Shown here piece by piece: positions 40,377 through 50,074 of a DNA stretch of 64,000 bases. Origin of the DNA: Clostridia bacterium. Lineage in GTDB: Bacteria; Bacillota; Clostridia; UBA1212; UBA1255. The first letter of the stretch is position 1. Each line of letters opens with the position of its first letter. The stretch spans positions 52,434 through 116,433 of the forward strand of contig JAFWZX010000012.1 in assembly GCA_017517275.1 (NCBI GenBank), in the 5' to 3' direction. The notes under the pieces were generated by a model, which was not told the origin of the DNA, did no database searches, and saw only the letters and a program-made list of their open reading frames with translations. The position numbers and the translations under genes were made by a program.

Positions 40377-40399
40377 AATTTGATAGTGACTATCAAATT
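40377..40399. promoter_or_regulatory. Perfect 11-1-11 palindrome AATTTGATAGT-G-ACTATCAAATT (putative Zur/Fur-family operator) overlapping a TATAAT -10 box upstream of zur
   Basis: Read directly. Located 14-36 nt upstream of the zur ATG, with a TATAAT immediately upstream on the minus strand. Confidence 0.5.
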
Positions 40400-40592
40400 A
40401 TACCCGTAAAACACTCTGTGTCAACTGTGTTTTTGATGATATATTCTGTGCTGATGTTTAATTTCTTCATTAGAGTATTGATATTTCTGTCACACCAAGA
40501 AAACCGACTGTACATTTCGTACAGTCGGTCGTCAAGCACAGCTTAGCATAAATTATTGTACCTTCATAGCAGATTCCTGCTTAAATGCTATT

Positions 40593-41522
40593 TTATTCTT
40601 CGCTTATCGGCAAAAAGCCAAAGGATGTAATATATTCTTTTGATGGTAATCTGTCGTAATATTTTAGTCCCCTAAACAGGAAACAGGCCTCGTCATTGTA
40701 CACAAACAAATCGTAAGAAACAGGTACGTAGTCATTGTGTGGCTTATAACTATTTTCGCTAAAGTACTCTGCACAGATACGATAAGTAAAACCATTGTGC
40801 GTAAATTCATTTTCCGAATAAATACGATACACTTCTTTATAGTTGTAGTTACGCTCTTTCAGTACGGCATCAATAAGGATTTGCTCATATACATGATTAT
40901 TTATCTTCTCTGAATTATACCACAAAAGCAAGTTAGAATCGTAGTAATAGTGGTGGTCCTCCTTGTCATAGTGGGCAACTAATTGTAGCTTTTTTTCTTT
41001 GTAACTGTCTTCTATAGACATTCTGTTTTTAAAGTATTTATCATAATATTCATCCATGTCTTTTCTTGTATAGAAATAATAACATGTGACGTCTGAGTCA
41101 TCATTTAAAGTATCATCAAGATTTGCAATCAGACCCTCTCTGAAAAGACACCAACTTTTTGAGTCGAAGCAGCGGACACTAAACTGATCCGGAAAATACG
41201 GCTCATAAAGGTTATCAAGGTCGCTTAAATAATAACGGCCTTCCTCATCCATTGGAAGATTTGCTTCCATGGAACCTTTCTCCGCTAATGAAAATTCATC
41301 ATTTAATAACTTCCTTTTTAACTCTCCGAGAAATTGAACCCCTGCAGGATCCGGATGAACACATTTGTATCCTTCAATACATATTCTCCATCCATCGTCT
41401 GTTTTGTACAGATAATATTTCTTAGGAACAGGCGTAGGCCTATAATTCGAGTCCTCCTGATTACAGGAAAACAAGAGAGATATGGTTAATAATAAAAGTA
41501 CCATTATAGTGATTTTTTTCAT
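40593..41522 (-). CDS. Hypothetical Tyr-rich lipoprotein
   Basis: Signal peptide plus lipobox (LLFSC); no recognisable domain. Start taken at MKKITIMVL; the track ORF extends to 41561. Confidence 0.5.
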   Translation of the reverse strand: MKKITIMVLLLLTISLLFSCNQEDSNYRPTPVPKKYYLYKTDDGWRICIEGYKCVHPDPAGVQFLGELKRKLLNDEFSLAEKGSMEANLPMDEEGRYYLSDLDNLYEPYFPDQFSVRCFDSKSWCLFREGLIANLDDTLNDDSDVTCYYFYTRKDMDEYYDKYFKNRMSIEDSYKEKKLQLVAHYDKEDHHYYYDSNLLLWYNSEKINNHVYEQILIDAVLKERNYNYKEVYRIYSENEFTHNGFTYRICAEYFSENSYKPHNDYVPVSYDLFVYNDEACFLFRGLKYYDRLPSKEYITSFGFLPISEE

Positions 41523-41745
41523 GTCAACTTCCCCTTTATAGTCATTGATACAACCCGACAAAATACTCGGCTATGTATTGGTCGATTAATTCTAAAAAAT
41601 ATGGACAAAATACTGAATTATAATTTGATCGGTTGTCAAAACGTTAGTCCTTTTTATGTTATCATCAGCGGATTCATTTCTATGCAACTCATATTATCAA
41701 ACCAGTTTTAACCTATATTACTGCGACCGAAAAATCAGAACCTTT

Positions 41746-42639
41746 TTATTTTGATCTTTTTCCTAAAAACGTAAGAATTCTCACCCCTGTTCGAGTCTCA
41801 ATATTGGAGTCGTCTACACCATCAATAACAATACTCGAGTACATACAAATGTCGCCGTTCGGGGTAAGAACAATTTTTTGATCATCAACATTTGATTCCT
41901 TGACTTCCAATTTGCTTTTTTTGTAAACAGATTCTATTTTATCCGATATGCTTTGATTCATAGTTGCAGTGTCAAAACTAAGTGTGGTATTATCAAACGC
42001 ACCTATATCCCCTATCATTATTGATGCTAGAGTTCCCTTAGATGTAACTTTTACGGCAATGAAATCCGAGGAAAAATACCCGTTTATTTTTTTCGCAAAA
42101 GTCACAACATAATAAGTGATTTGATATGTCTTTCCATCCCTCTCTTTATATCTTGTAACAGGTTCGTCAAAAATTTGCGTATAATCCCCAATGTTATCGA
42201 CATAATCTCTTGCAATTTTAGTCGAAAGTGAGATTGCAGTATCAGTGGGATCGTTAACTTCAGGTAAATAAGGTTGTGTATCAAAGAAATCAGAATTCAT
42301 AAGATTAATATAAGCTAATTCCCCGGTATCGCTTCTCAACCCAAATTCGATGTTATTATTATCAACATATATATCTGTTGTGTATGAGTTCATTTTATCG
42401 ATAATTGACTTACTGTATGAACCATAATAGCTATTTCCGAAAACAAAGCACGTTTTGTTTTCCATATCCTCCTTCTCAAAATATTCACCTGTCCAGTAAT
42501 CAACCTCTAAATCCACGCTATATTCATCGCTAACGGAATCAGATATAAGACTCGTATACGGTTCATAGTTTTTTTTGTTACAACTAATAAAAGAGAATGT
42601 CAATAATAATGACAACATAAATAAAATATATTTTTTCAT
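41746..42639 (-). CDS. Hypothetical lipoprotein
   Basis: Signal peptide plus lipobox (FISC), GGAG RBS; no recognisable domain. Confidence 0.5.
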   Translation of the reverse strand: MKKYILFMLSLLLTFSFISCNKKNYEPYTSLISDSVSDEYSVDLEVDYWTGEYFEKEDMENKTCFVFGNSYYGSYSKSIIDKMNSYTTDIYVDNNNIEFGLRSDTGELAYINLMNSDFFDTQPYLPEVNDPTDTAISLSTKIARDYVDNIGDYTQIFDEPVTRYKERDGKTYQITYYVVTFAKKINGYFSSDFIAVKVTSKGTLASIMIGDIGAFDNTTLSFDTATMNQSISDKIESVYKKSKLEVKESNVDDQKIVLTPNGDICMYSSIVIDGVDDSNIETRTGVRILTFLGKRSK

Positions 42640-42649
42640 AATAAACTCC

Positions 42650-42892
42650 TTATCTTAATTTATTATTTCCGTTTCCTGCTACAGCTGCAATACTCGACAT
42701 ATTTTTTATATATGACGTATATTTTATTTTATTAATTGCATCATCGACTGAAAGACCTTCGCTAACCAGTTTAGCAGTTATGTCAGGTCCGAATTTATTG
42801 CAATCAGAAACATAAGTAATACCTTTGAAACCAACAACCGTTTCTGCACCACTATCTGTTACAGTACTTGCAATGCATATTCTGTATCCTAT
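42650..42892 (-). pseudogene. Protein-like 80-codon ORF without an in-frame start. A good RBS and ATG (42876-42878) sits in the -1 frame, followed by a stop after 8 codons. Probable frameshifted small gene.
   Basis: Translation …IASTVTDSGAETVVGFKGITYVSDCNKFGPDITAKLVSEGLSVDDAINKIKYTSYIKNMSSIAAVAGNGNNKLR looks like a real globular protein. Its stop is 11 nt upstream of the lipoprotein start. A promoter-like TTGACG…TATAAT lies upstream. Confidence 0.3.
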
Positions 42893-43170
42893 TTATAAGT
42901 CTCACACTTCTTTTCAATTATATATTAATTCATAATTGTGCAGTACGTCAATACTTTTATCAATTTATTATGGCTCCGGTATTTTAATTACATGCAAATT
43001 ATGAAGTAATCTGTCTCAAACCGCATTAGCTATTGTGTAATTATACATTTTCAAACTAATTTCGTGACTTGCGATCAATTCGTTGCTATAATAGCTTTAA
43101 GAATGACGTGATTATCAACACCCGCGGTCATTTCCACATCTATGTAATGTGAAGAAAGGATGCTTATAAT

Positions 43171-44046
43171 ATGAATATTCTTGTTTTTGGCGATATTTTA
43201 TGGGATCTTTTTCCTGAAAGCATGGGCGGTAGAAAAATAGGCGGAGCAGCTTTTAATTTTGCTGCTCATATTTCAAAATTAGGAGCAAATACTGATTTTG
43301 TTACCGCAGTAGGTGATGACGATCTTGGCCACGATGCTCTGAAAAAAATAGAATATTACGGTATTTCTACTAACTACGTTACTGTGAACCCAAATCATTC
43401 CACAGGAGCTTGCATCGTTTCGGTAGATGAAAATGGTATTCCTTCATACAAATTAGCAGAGGGAGTTGCCTTTGATTATATTTTCACAAAAGGTGCGGAG
43501 AATAAAGTCTCCAAAGGCTTTTATGACGTTCTTTATATAGGCACTTTTCCTCAAAGAAATGAAGTCTCAGCAAAGGCAGCAGATATTCTTCTTGAGAATT
43601 CTGTTGAAAATTACCGGGAAGTCTTTTGCGATATTAATTTCAGGGGGAATTTTTATAATTTATCTATGGTTGAGAAGTGTCTTCACTCTTGTTCTATTCT
43701 TAAAGTGAGCAGGGAAGAGAAAGATACGTTTGAAGAATTAGGAATTTGTTCCTGCAAAGACGAAGAAGCAATGGCAGCTTATATTGCAGAGAAATACAAT
43801 ATTAAGTTAGTGGTAGTAACTCTTAACAAAGACGGAGCTTTTGTATATGACAGAAAAACAAAAAAATGCCTTTATTCACATAAGCCTTGCTCTAAAGTCG
43901 TGTCAACAGTAGGTGCCGGGGATAGCTTTAGTGCGTCTTTTATTTATAATTATATAAGAAAACAGCCTCTGGATATTTGTCTCCGCGAGGCTGTAAATCT
44001 TAGTAGTTATGTTGTTTCTTTTGCAGAAGCGATTCCTGAAGATTAA
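43171..44046 (+). CDS. PfkB-family carbohydrate kinase (fructokinase/ribokinase-like)
   Basis: N-terminal GDILWD, NFAAH and C-terminal GAGDSF motifs. Confidence 0.8.
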   Translation: MNILVFGDILWDLFPESMGGRKIGGAAFNFAAHISKLGANTDFVTAVGDDDLGHDALKKIEYYGISTNYVTVNPNHSTGACIVSVDENGIPSYKLAEGVAFDYIFTKGAENKVSKGFYDVLYIGTFPQRNEVSAKAADILLENSVENYREVFCDINFRGNFYNLSMVEKCLHSCSILKVSREEKDTFEELGICSCKDEEAMAAYIAEKYNIKLVVVTLNKDGAFVYDRKTKKCLYSHKPCSKVVSTVGAGDSFSASFIYNYIRKQPLDICLREAVNLSSYVVSFAEAIPED

Positions 44047-45497
44047 AATGCTGCTTTTAACATTTCATCAATTTTATCTTGTTTTTTACCGTTAACCTTG
44101 AATTTAGAGCCGGCATTTTCTACCATCTGTTCTAATTCCTTTACAGCCTCGTCTTCTAACCATTCAACTTCAATCTTGTCTTTGATACTATCTTTTGCGC
44201 CTTCTTTTGACTCAACTGAATTATCAAAGTCTTCAATATCTTCTGCGCGCACTACGTAGAAGGCACCGTCTGTCTCAATAATTTCAAGAGCTGTCATAGG
44301 ATCTTTCTTATCTTCTTTGTTGTCCTCTTCCTTATTCTCATCATCAGATTGCGGTGCAGGAGTACTCTCCTCTTTAGAAGATTCGGTATCTTCCTTATCC
44401 TCTTCCTTGTCTTCTTCCTTATCGTCTTCTTTTTCTACTTTGATAATCTGTGTCCTATCTTCATTCCATTGCATTGTAAGAGCAAAATCAACAAGTTCCT
44501 GGAGCAGTGAAGAATTACTGTTTACCTCATAAAGACCACTGTTTGTACTGGAATTCTTATCATCTGACTCTCCTTTTACAAGATCAGCAAATGTCTTATA
44601 TTCTGTTTCCTTGCCCTTATCATCTTTTACTTTATAAGTAAGACCGGCATTGTATGCCTCCATAACGGCTTCTGCAAACTTCTTTGCTTCTTCAAGTTCC
44701 TTGTTATATTTCTCTAAATCTTTAAGATAATCGTCATATTTCGCCTTGTCATCTGCATTTGTTGTATCAGCAGCAATTTCCTTTCCGCTTGAATCCTTTG
44801 GAACAGATGGCTTTGTAGGCTTGTTTACCTGAAGATATCTGATTGATACAAGTCTGTAATAATCAGGATCTTCATCATAAATCTCTCTAAGATCTTCCTC
44901 TGTTGCATTGTATTTTTCTTTTAATACTTCTTTGTATTTCTCAATAGCAGCTTGCTGAATCGCATATTCTTTATATTCCGGCAATGACATACCAAAGAAG
45001 AAATAGTTAAGAATCATTTCTGAGGAATATCCGTAATTAAGATACATACTATAATATGTATCAATCTGTGACTTAAGGTTTGCTCTCTCTGTAGAATTGA
45101 GTTTGTAACCATTCTTTATAGATAATGAATACATTGCCTTGAACTTACGTGCTTCATCAAGAGCCTTATCAGCACACTTTGCTTTACGCTCTTCTGTCCA
45201 GAAGTCTTTCTCGTGCTTTGCAAGCTCTTCATCCGACATATCATCTGCATTCTCGGGCTTTTCATAATTGTCACTGTACTCTTCTGAAAGCGCTAATTCA
45301 AGATAATATTGGTATTCGTAATCATATATTTTATATCCGTCAACTTTACCGATAAATCCGGTAGTAGCTGTGATAATAAAATATACACCAATAATAAGTG
45401 CTACAAAAACAGCGAGTCCAATACTAATCCACATAATAAGTTTATTGTCGTATGAACCTTTTTTCTTTTGGGTTTTTTTCATCGCTTTTGTGGCCAT
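44043..45497 (-). CDS. Membrane-anchored SurA-N/PrsA-like chaperone domain protein with an acidic KEED low-complexity segment
   Basis: N-terminal TM helix and SurA_N-like region. No clear rotamase motif. EDDKEEDKEEDKED repeat. Confidence 0.5.
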   Translation of the reverse strand: MATKAMKKTQKKKGSYDNKLIMWISIGLAVFVALIIGVYFIITATTGFIGKVDGYKIYDYEYQYYLELALSEEYSDNYEKPENADDMSDEELAKHEKDFWTEERKAKCADKALDEARKFKAMYSLSIKNGYKLNSTERANLKSQIDTYYSMYLNYGYSSEMILNYFFFGMSLPEYKEYAIQQAAIEKYKEVLKEKYNATEEDLREIYDEDPDYYRLVSIRYLQVNKPTKPSVPKDSSGKEIAADTTNADDKAKYDDYLKDLEKYNKELEEAKKFAEAVMEAYNAGLTYKVKDDKGKETEYKTFADLVKGESDDKNSSTNSGLYEVNSNSSLLQELVDFALTMQWNEDRTQIIKVEKEDDKEEDKEEDKEDTESSKEESTPAPQSDDENKEEDNKEDKKDPMTALEIIETDGAFYVVRAEDIEDFDNSVESKEGAKDSIKDKIEVEWLEDEAVKELEQMVENAGSKFKVNGKKQDKIDEMLKAAF

Positions 45498-45583
45498 GTT
45501 TTCATACCTGCCTTTGTCTAATGTATTATTTATTTTCTCAGCAAATTAATGCTAATAAGCCGTACAGATTATTATACTATTAA

Positions 45584-48500
45584 TTATTCATTTTTACAAT
45601 GCTGATTTTTTGTCAATTGTGTCAAAAAATCGAGAATTTCTCCTAATATTTCCTTATCTTTCTCTGACAACAGAGGTTTTACCAATTTATTCCCGCCAGC
45701 CATTATAAATTGCACGTCAAAAGATCTTTGTATAACTGATTCTATACCGCACAGACCGCAAAGATATCTTATACGTGATATTGTTATAAGATTTTCAACA
45801 ACTTCAGGAACATACCCGTATCTGTCAATCAATTCATCAGTCATCTCATATGCATCTTCCTGAGTCTCTACTCTTGCTATCTTTTGATAAATATCAAGTC
45901 TCTCATCTTGTGACGGGATATAATCGCTCTGAATGTATGCGTTTAATCTAAACTCAACGCTTACAGCCGGCTTTTTCTTTACAGGAACACCCTTTTCCTC
46001 GCATATAACCTCATCAAGCAACCTGCAATATGTGTCATAACCTATCTGAGCGAGCTGTCCATGCTGGCGTTCTCCTAATACACTGCCTGCCCCTCGTAGT
46101 TCAAGATCACGCAAAGCAATTTTAAATCCTGAACCAAATTCTGTAAAATCTCGTATAGTTTTCAGTCTTTTTTCCGCGATTTCAGAGAGATTTTTATTCT
46201 TTTTATACGTAACGTAGGCGTACGCTCTGTTTTTCGACCTTCCCACTCGTCCTCTGATTTGATACAACTGCGCAAGGCCAAATCGGTCACTGTCTTCTAC
46301 TATAACAGTATTCACATTAGGCATATCCAAACCGGATTCAATAATCGTGGTACACAGCAGAACATCGTACTCTTTATTATAAAAATCCTCCATGATACTC
46401 TCTAACATCGATTCGCTCATTTGGCCGTGAGCAATGGCAACCTTAGCCTCAGGAACTAAATTTGTGAGAATCAATTTCTTTTCTTCCATATTTTTCACCC
46501 TGTTATAGAGGTAAAAAATTTGTCCTCCACGTCCCATTTCACGATATATGGCATTTTTTATAAGAGAGTTGTCCCAGGGTGCAACGTACGTTTGTACCGG
46601 TTGTCTGTTTTTCGGCGGATCTTCAATTATACTGATATCTCTTATACCGGACAGTGACATATGAAGAGTCCTTGGGATAGGGGTTGCCGACATGGACAAA
46701 ACGTCAACTGCAGGATATTGTGTCTTAAGTTTTTCTTTGTGTAATACACCAAAACGCTGTTCCTCATCAATTACAATTAAACCCAAGTCTTTAAATTGGA
46801 TTTTATCTTGTATAATACTGTGAGTGCCTACTAAAACGTCAATTTTTCCTTTTTTCAGGTTTTCTATAATCTTTTTCTTATCTCCTGTGCTTCTGAATCG
46901 ACATAAATAGTCTACCGTAACAGGAAAGTCTGCAAATCTCTGTACAAAATTTGTATAATGCTGTTGTGCTAAAACAGTTGTCGGTACCAAAAAGGCCACC
47001 TGCTTCCCGTCACAAACTGCCTTAAAAACTGCTCTTAAAGCGACCTCTGTCTTTCCGTAGCCTACGTCACCACAAAGCAAACGGTCCATAGGGCGGTCAA
47101 GCTCCATATCCGATTTAATCTCACTACTGCACCGCAGCTGGTCAGCAGTCTCTTCGTATATAAATGCGTCTTCAAATTCTCGTTGCCAGACCGTATCCTT
47201 ACTGAAAGAAAAACCCTTAATTTGACTTCTTTTTGCGTATAATTCCACTAATTCCTTTGCATAAGTCCTTAAAGAAGCTTTAACTTTTGCCGTCGTTTTG
47301 TTCCATTCTTCCGTTCCGAGCTTATTAAGCTTTGGTTCATGATCCTGTGGTCCTATATACTTTTCCAGGCTGTCAAGTTGATGAGTCGGTACATATAAAA
47401 CACCATCATCTCTGTAATTAATTTTAATATAGTCTTTTCTGATATTTTCAACAACAATTCCTTCGATTTTTTCAAATCTGCCTATGCCGTGAACATTGTG
47501 TACAACCAAATCGCCCGGCTCGATATCAGCAAAACTTGTTATAGCAGCTCCTTTAAGCTTCTTTTTTGTCTTTGCTTTTTGAATTTTAAAAACTGATGAA
47601 TCTGTGAAAACAGCAAGTTTTATATCTTCACATATAAATCCTGAAGTTAATTCGATGCTTTTCAATATGTTTTCCACACGGAAAGATAGCTTTCTGTCTT
47701 CCTTTAGCTGAGCAAATCTTTTAATGTTACCCTCAGACTGCGAAAAAATATAAACGTCATACCCTCCTTCTGCAAGAGCATTACATTTATCCAACATCAT
47801 ATCGATATTTACACAAAATGACTCACTGCTTAGATAATTAAAATCAATAACTTCACAATCTACCCATGGATCTGTACCGCAAAATTCATTAAGAAATGTA
47901 ATGTTTTTACTGTTTTCTTCTATTTCTTCTTCCAATTTATACAGTGACATGTACATTTCATATGTTTTTTTTGGAGTTCCGGTATTATCATTAATTGTAT
48001 TACATATTTTTATATGTTCCCGTATCGTATTATCCAACGTGTCACAAACACCATTATAGTTATCCACAAACACAGCTACTTGGCCTGTATAATCAAATAA
48101 TGAGAATACGTTTCCTATTATATACGGTATATATCTGTCATACCCTTCAAAAACTCGGTATTTTTCAATTTTTTGAATATCATCAGAAATCCTATGATAA
48201 ATATTGCTTTTATCATCATAATTATTTAATTCTCTTTTCAGAACTTCCTTTACGTTATCTGCGTGCTCATCAGACCATATGCAGCATTCGTTATCCGGAT
48301 AAATGCTTACCGATTCACTTCTACGAATAGTTCTTTGTGATATTTCATCAAAAATTCTTATTGTATCTATTTCATCATCAAAAAATTCAATTCTGTATGG
48401 TTTTTCTTCTCCGTACGGAAAAACGTCCACAATATCTCCTCTTACCGAGAACTGTCCCATTCCATCAACTGTCAGAGTTTTCTTATAATTAATATCTGCA

Positions 48501-48964
48501 AGATTCCTTGCAAGATGTCTGATATCTAAAAAATCGCCTACTTTTAGGTTAATTTCCCTATTTAATATGTCGCGTGGATTTGGAAGCCATTGAGCTAATG
48601 AAGACGGAGTAACAATGATTCCCTTCCATTTTCCCTGCAATATTGTGTATAAGCACTTCATTCTCTCTGCATGAAGCTCTGTACTTCTTGCAGATATATC
48701 ATAAAGCATATACTCGTTTTCGGGGAAATATATTATACTTTCTTCGTCAAAGACTGCGGAAAAATCTTGTTGTGCTTTTTTTGCCTTAAAATCATTTTGT
48801 GCTAAAAAAATGAATTTTTCCTCTTCAAATACATATTTGCATACACAAGCAAACACGCTCAATGAAATATTATCTATCCTTATATTTGCCTTGTTTTTCT
48901 GTAAAAAATGCTTATATTCTACAATTTTTTTTGATTTTTTTAACTTATCAACGATTTTTTTCAT
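45584..48964 (-). CDS. mfd: Transcription-repair coupling factor Mfd
   Basis: 1126 aa; UvrB-homology N-domain, CarD/TRCF domain, DEAD/DEAH helicase motifs (GDVGYGKTEVA, DEEQRFG) and TRCF C-domain. Confidence 0.95.
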   Translation of the reverse strand: MKKIVDKLKKSKKIVEYKHFLQKNKANIRIDNISLSVFACVCKYVFEEEKFIFLAQNDFKAKKAQQDFSAVFDEESIIYFPENEYMLYDISARSTELHAERMKCLYTILQGKWKGIIVTPSSLAQWLPNPRDILNREINLKVGDFLDIRHLARNLADINYKKTLTVDGMGQFSVRGDIVDVFPYGEEKPYRIEFFDDEIDTIRIFDEISQRTIRRSESVSIYPDNECCIWSDEHADNVKEVLKRELNNYDDKSNIYHRISDDIQKIEKYRVFEGYDRYIPYIIGNVFSLFDYTGQVAVFVDNYNGVCDTLDNTIREHIKICNTINDNTGTPKKTYEMYMSLYKLEEEIEENSKNITFLNEFCGTDPWVDCEVIDFNYLSSESFCVNIDMMLDKCNALAEGGYDVYIFSQSEGNIKRFAQLKEDRKLSFRVENILKSIELTSGFICEDIKLAVFTDSSVFKIQKAKTKKKLKGAAITSFADIEPGDLVVHNVHGIGRFEKIEGIVVENIRKDYIKINYRDDGVLYVPTHQLDSLEKYIGPQDHEPKLNKLGTEEWNKTTAKVKASLRTYAKELVELYAKRSQIKGFSFSKDTVWQREFEDAFIYEETADQLRCSSEIKSDMELDRPMDRLLCGDVGYGKTEVALRAVFKAVCDGKQVAFLVPTTVLAQQHYTNFVQRFADFPVTVDYLCRFRSTGDKKKIIENLKKGKIDVLVGTHSIIQDKIQFKDLGLIVIDEEQRFGVLHKEKLKTQYPAVDVLSMSATPIPRTLHMSLSGIRDISIIEDPPKNRQPVQTYVAPWDNSLIKNAIYREMGRGGQIFYLYNRVKNMEEKKLILTNLVPEAKVAIAHGQMSESMLESIMEDFYNKEYDVLLCTTIIESGLDMPNVNTVIVEDSDRFGLAQLYQIRGRVGRSKNRAYAYVTYKKNKNLSEIAEKRLKTIRDFTEFGSGFKIALRDLELRGAGSVLGERQHGQLAQIGYDTYCRLLDEVICEEKGVPVKKKPAVSVEFRLNAYIQSDYIPSQDERLDIYQKIARVETQEDAYEMTDELIDRYGYVPEVVENLITISRIRYLCGLCGIESVIQRSFDVQFIMAGGNKLVKPLLSEKDKEILGEILDFLTQLTKNQHCKNE

Positions 48965-48966
48965 GA

Positions 48967-49563
48967 TTATCCATTAAATTTAGACATTGTTTTCTCTGTT
49001 CCGTTATCAATAACAGACAGCACTGCTTCTGCAGCTCGCTCCACTGTCTTTAATATTTCCGGCTCTTCTTCTTTTGTAAAATCTGTTAAAACAAATTTGA
49101 TTGTCTCTGTATGTTTATGGGTTCCGCCTATTCCTACTCTTATTCTTGGAAATACATTACTGCCTGTGTGCTCTATAACGGATTTCATACCGTTATGCGT
49201 GCCGGCACTTCCCTTTGCTCTTATTCTAATCGTTCCAAACTCTATATCAAGGTCATCATATATTACAATAAGACGTTCCAACGGAATTTTGTGCCAATGC
49301 AAAGCTTCTTGCAGACTTTCTCCGCTACTATTCATATACGTCTCCGGCTTTAACAGAATTAATTTATCATTTTTATATTTTGCTTCCCAATACTTTCCTT
49401 TGAATTTTTTCTTATCAGGTGAAATATTATCAGATAACTTTTTAATCAATTCATCGATAACCATGTAACCGCAATTATGTCTTGTCAAAGCGTATTCAGG
49501 CCCCGGATTTCCGAGACCTACAATTAACCATTTATTATTATTTTCCTTTTTCCTACCAAACAT
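48967..49563 (-). CDS. pth: Peptidyl-tRNA hydrolase
   Basis: LIVGLGNPGPEY, THNG and GIGG motifs. Confidence 0.9.
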   Translation of the reverse strand: MFGRKKENNNKWLIVGLGNPGPEYALTRHNCGYMVIDELIKKLSDNISPDKKKFKGKYWEAKYKNDKLILLKPETYMNSSGESLQEALHWHKIPLERLIVIYDDLDIEFGTIRIRAKGSAGTHNGMKSVIEHTGSNVFPRIRVGIGGTHKHTETIKFVLTDFTKEEEPEILKTVERAAEAVLSVIDNGTEKTMSKFNG

Positions 49564-49567
49564 AATC

Positions 49568-50065
49568 TTACTTTATATCAGCTTTCATTACGTATTCTGC
49601 CTTGTTTCGTCTTATAACTGACTTTTCTTCATCAGATAATTCCGTTTCTGATATGCCTTCTTTTACTTGTTTGTAATAAACCTGAAGACCCTGTCTATAA
49701 TGTAAACCTGTTATAATAAGTGCGTCTTCCGCTTCATTTGTTAAGCCAACAGAATAACTAAGTTTTGGTCCTATCTCACTGGAAGCAGGATATCTTACAA
49801 CAGACAACTTATCAAAACAATGCATTTGCTTTTCCTGTAATTTTTCAATATCGTTTTTTATGACTTCTATCTCATGTGATATTGCATCTTGCTTGTAAAT
49901 ACTTCTCAATAAGAGTTGTTCCGCACTTTCTCCTGCAAGTTCCTCATCGATTTTCCGTAGATTTCTTTGAATTTTTCCTAATTTATTATATAAAAATAAG
50001 ATTATTACAAAAGAAAGTACTAAACCAATGCCAAGTATTAAACAAATAACATATAACTTTTCCAT
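49568..50065 (-). CDS. Small membrane protein (DUF4446-like) commonly adjacent to parB in Firmicutes
   Basis: N-terminal TM helix and coiled-coil. Position immediately downstream of parB. Confidence 0.45.
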   Translation of the reverse strand: MEKLYVICLILGIGLVLSFVIILFLYNKLGKIQRNLRKIDEELAGESAEQLLLRSIYKQDAISHEIEVIKNDIEKLQEKQMHCFDKLSVVRYPASSEIGPKLSYSVGLTNEAEDALIITGLHYRQGLQVYYKQVKEGISETELSDEEKSVIRRNKAEYVMKADIK

Positions 50066-50074
50066 ACTGATACC

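Noticed and set aside
44330-44450. tcttcc/ttatc repetitive DNA
   Set aside because: Encodes the acidic EDDKEEDKEEDKED low-complexity segment of the PrsA-like protein (minus strand). Not a separate repeat feature.
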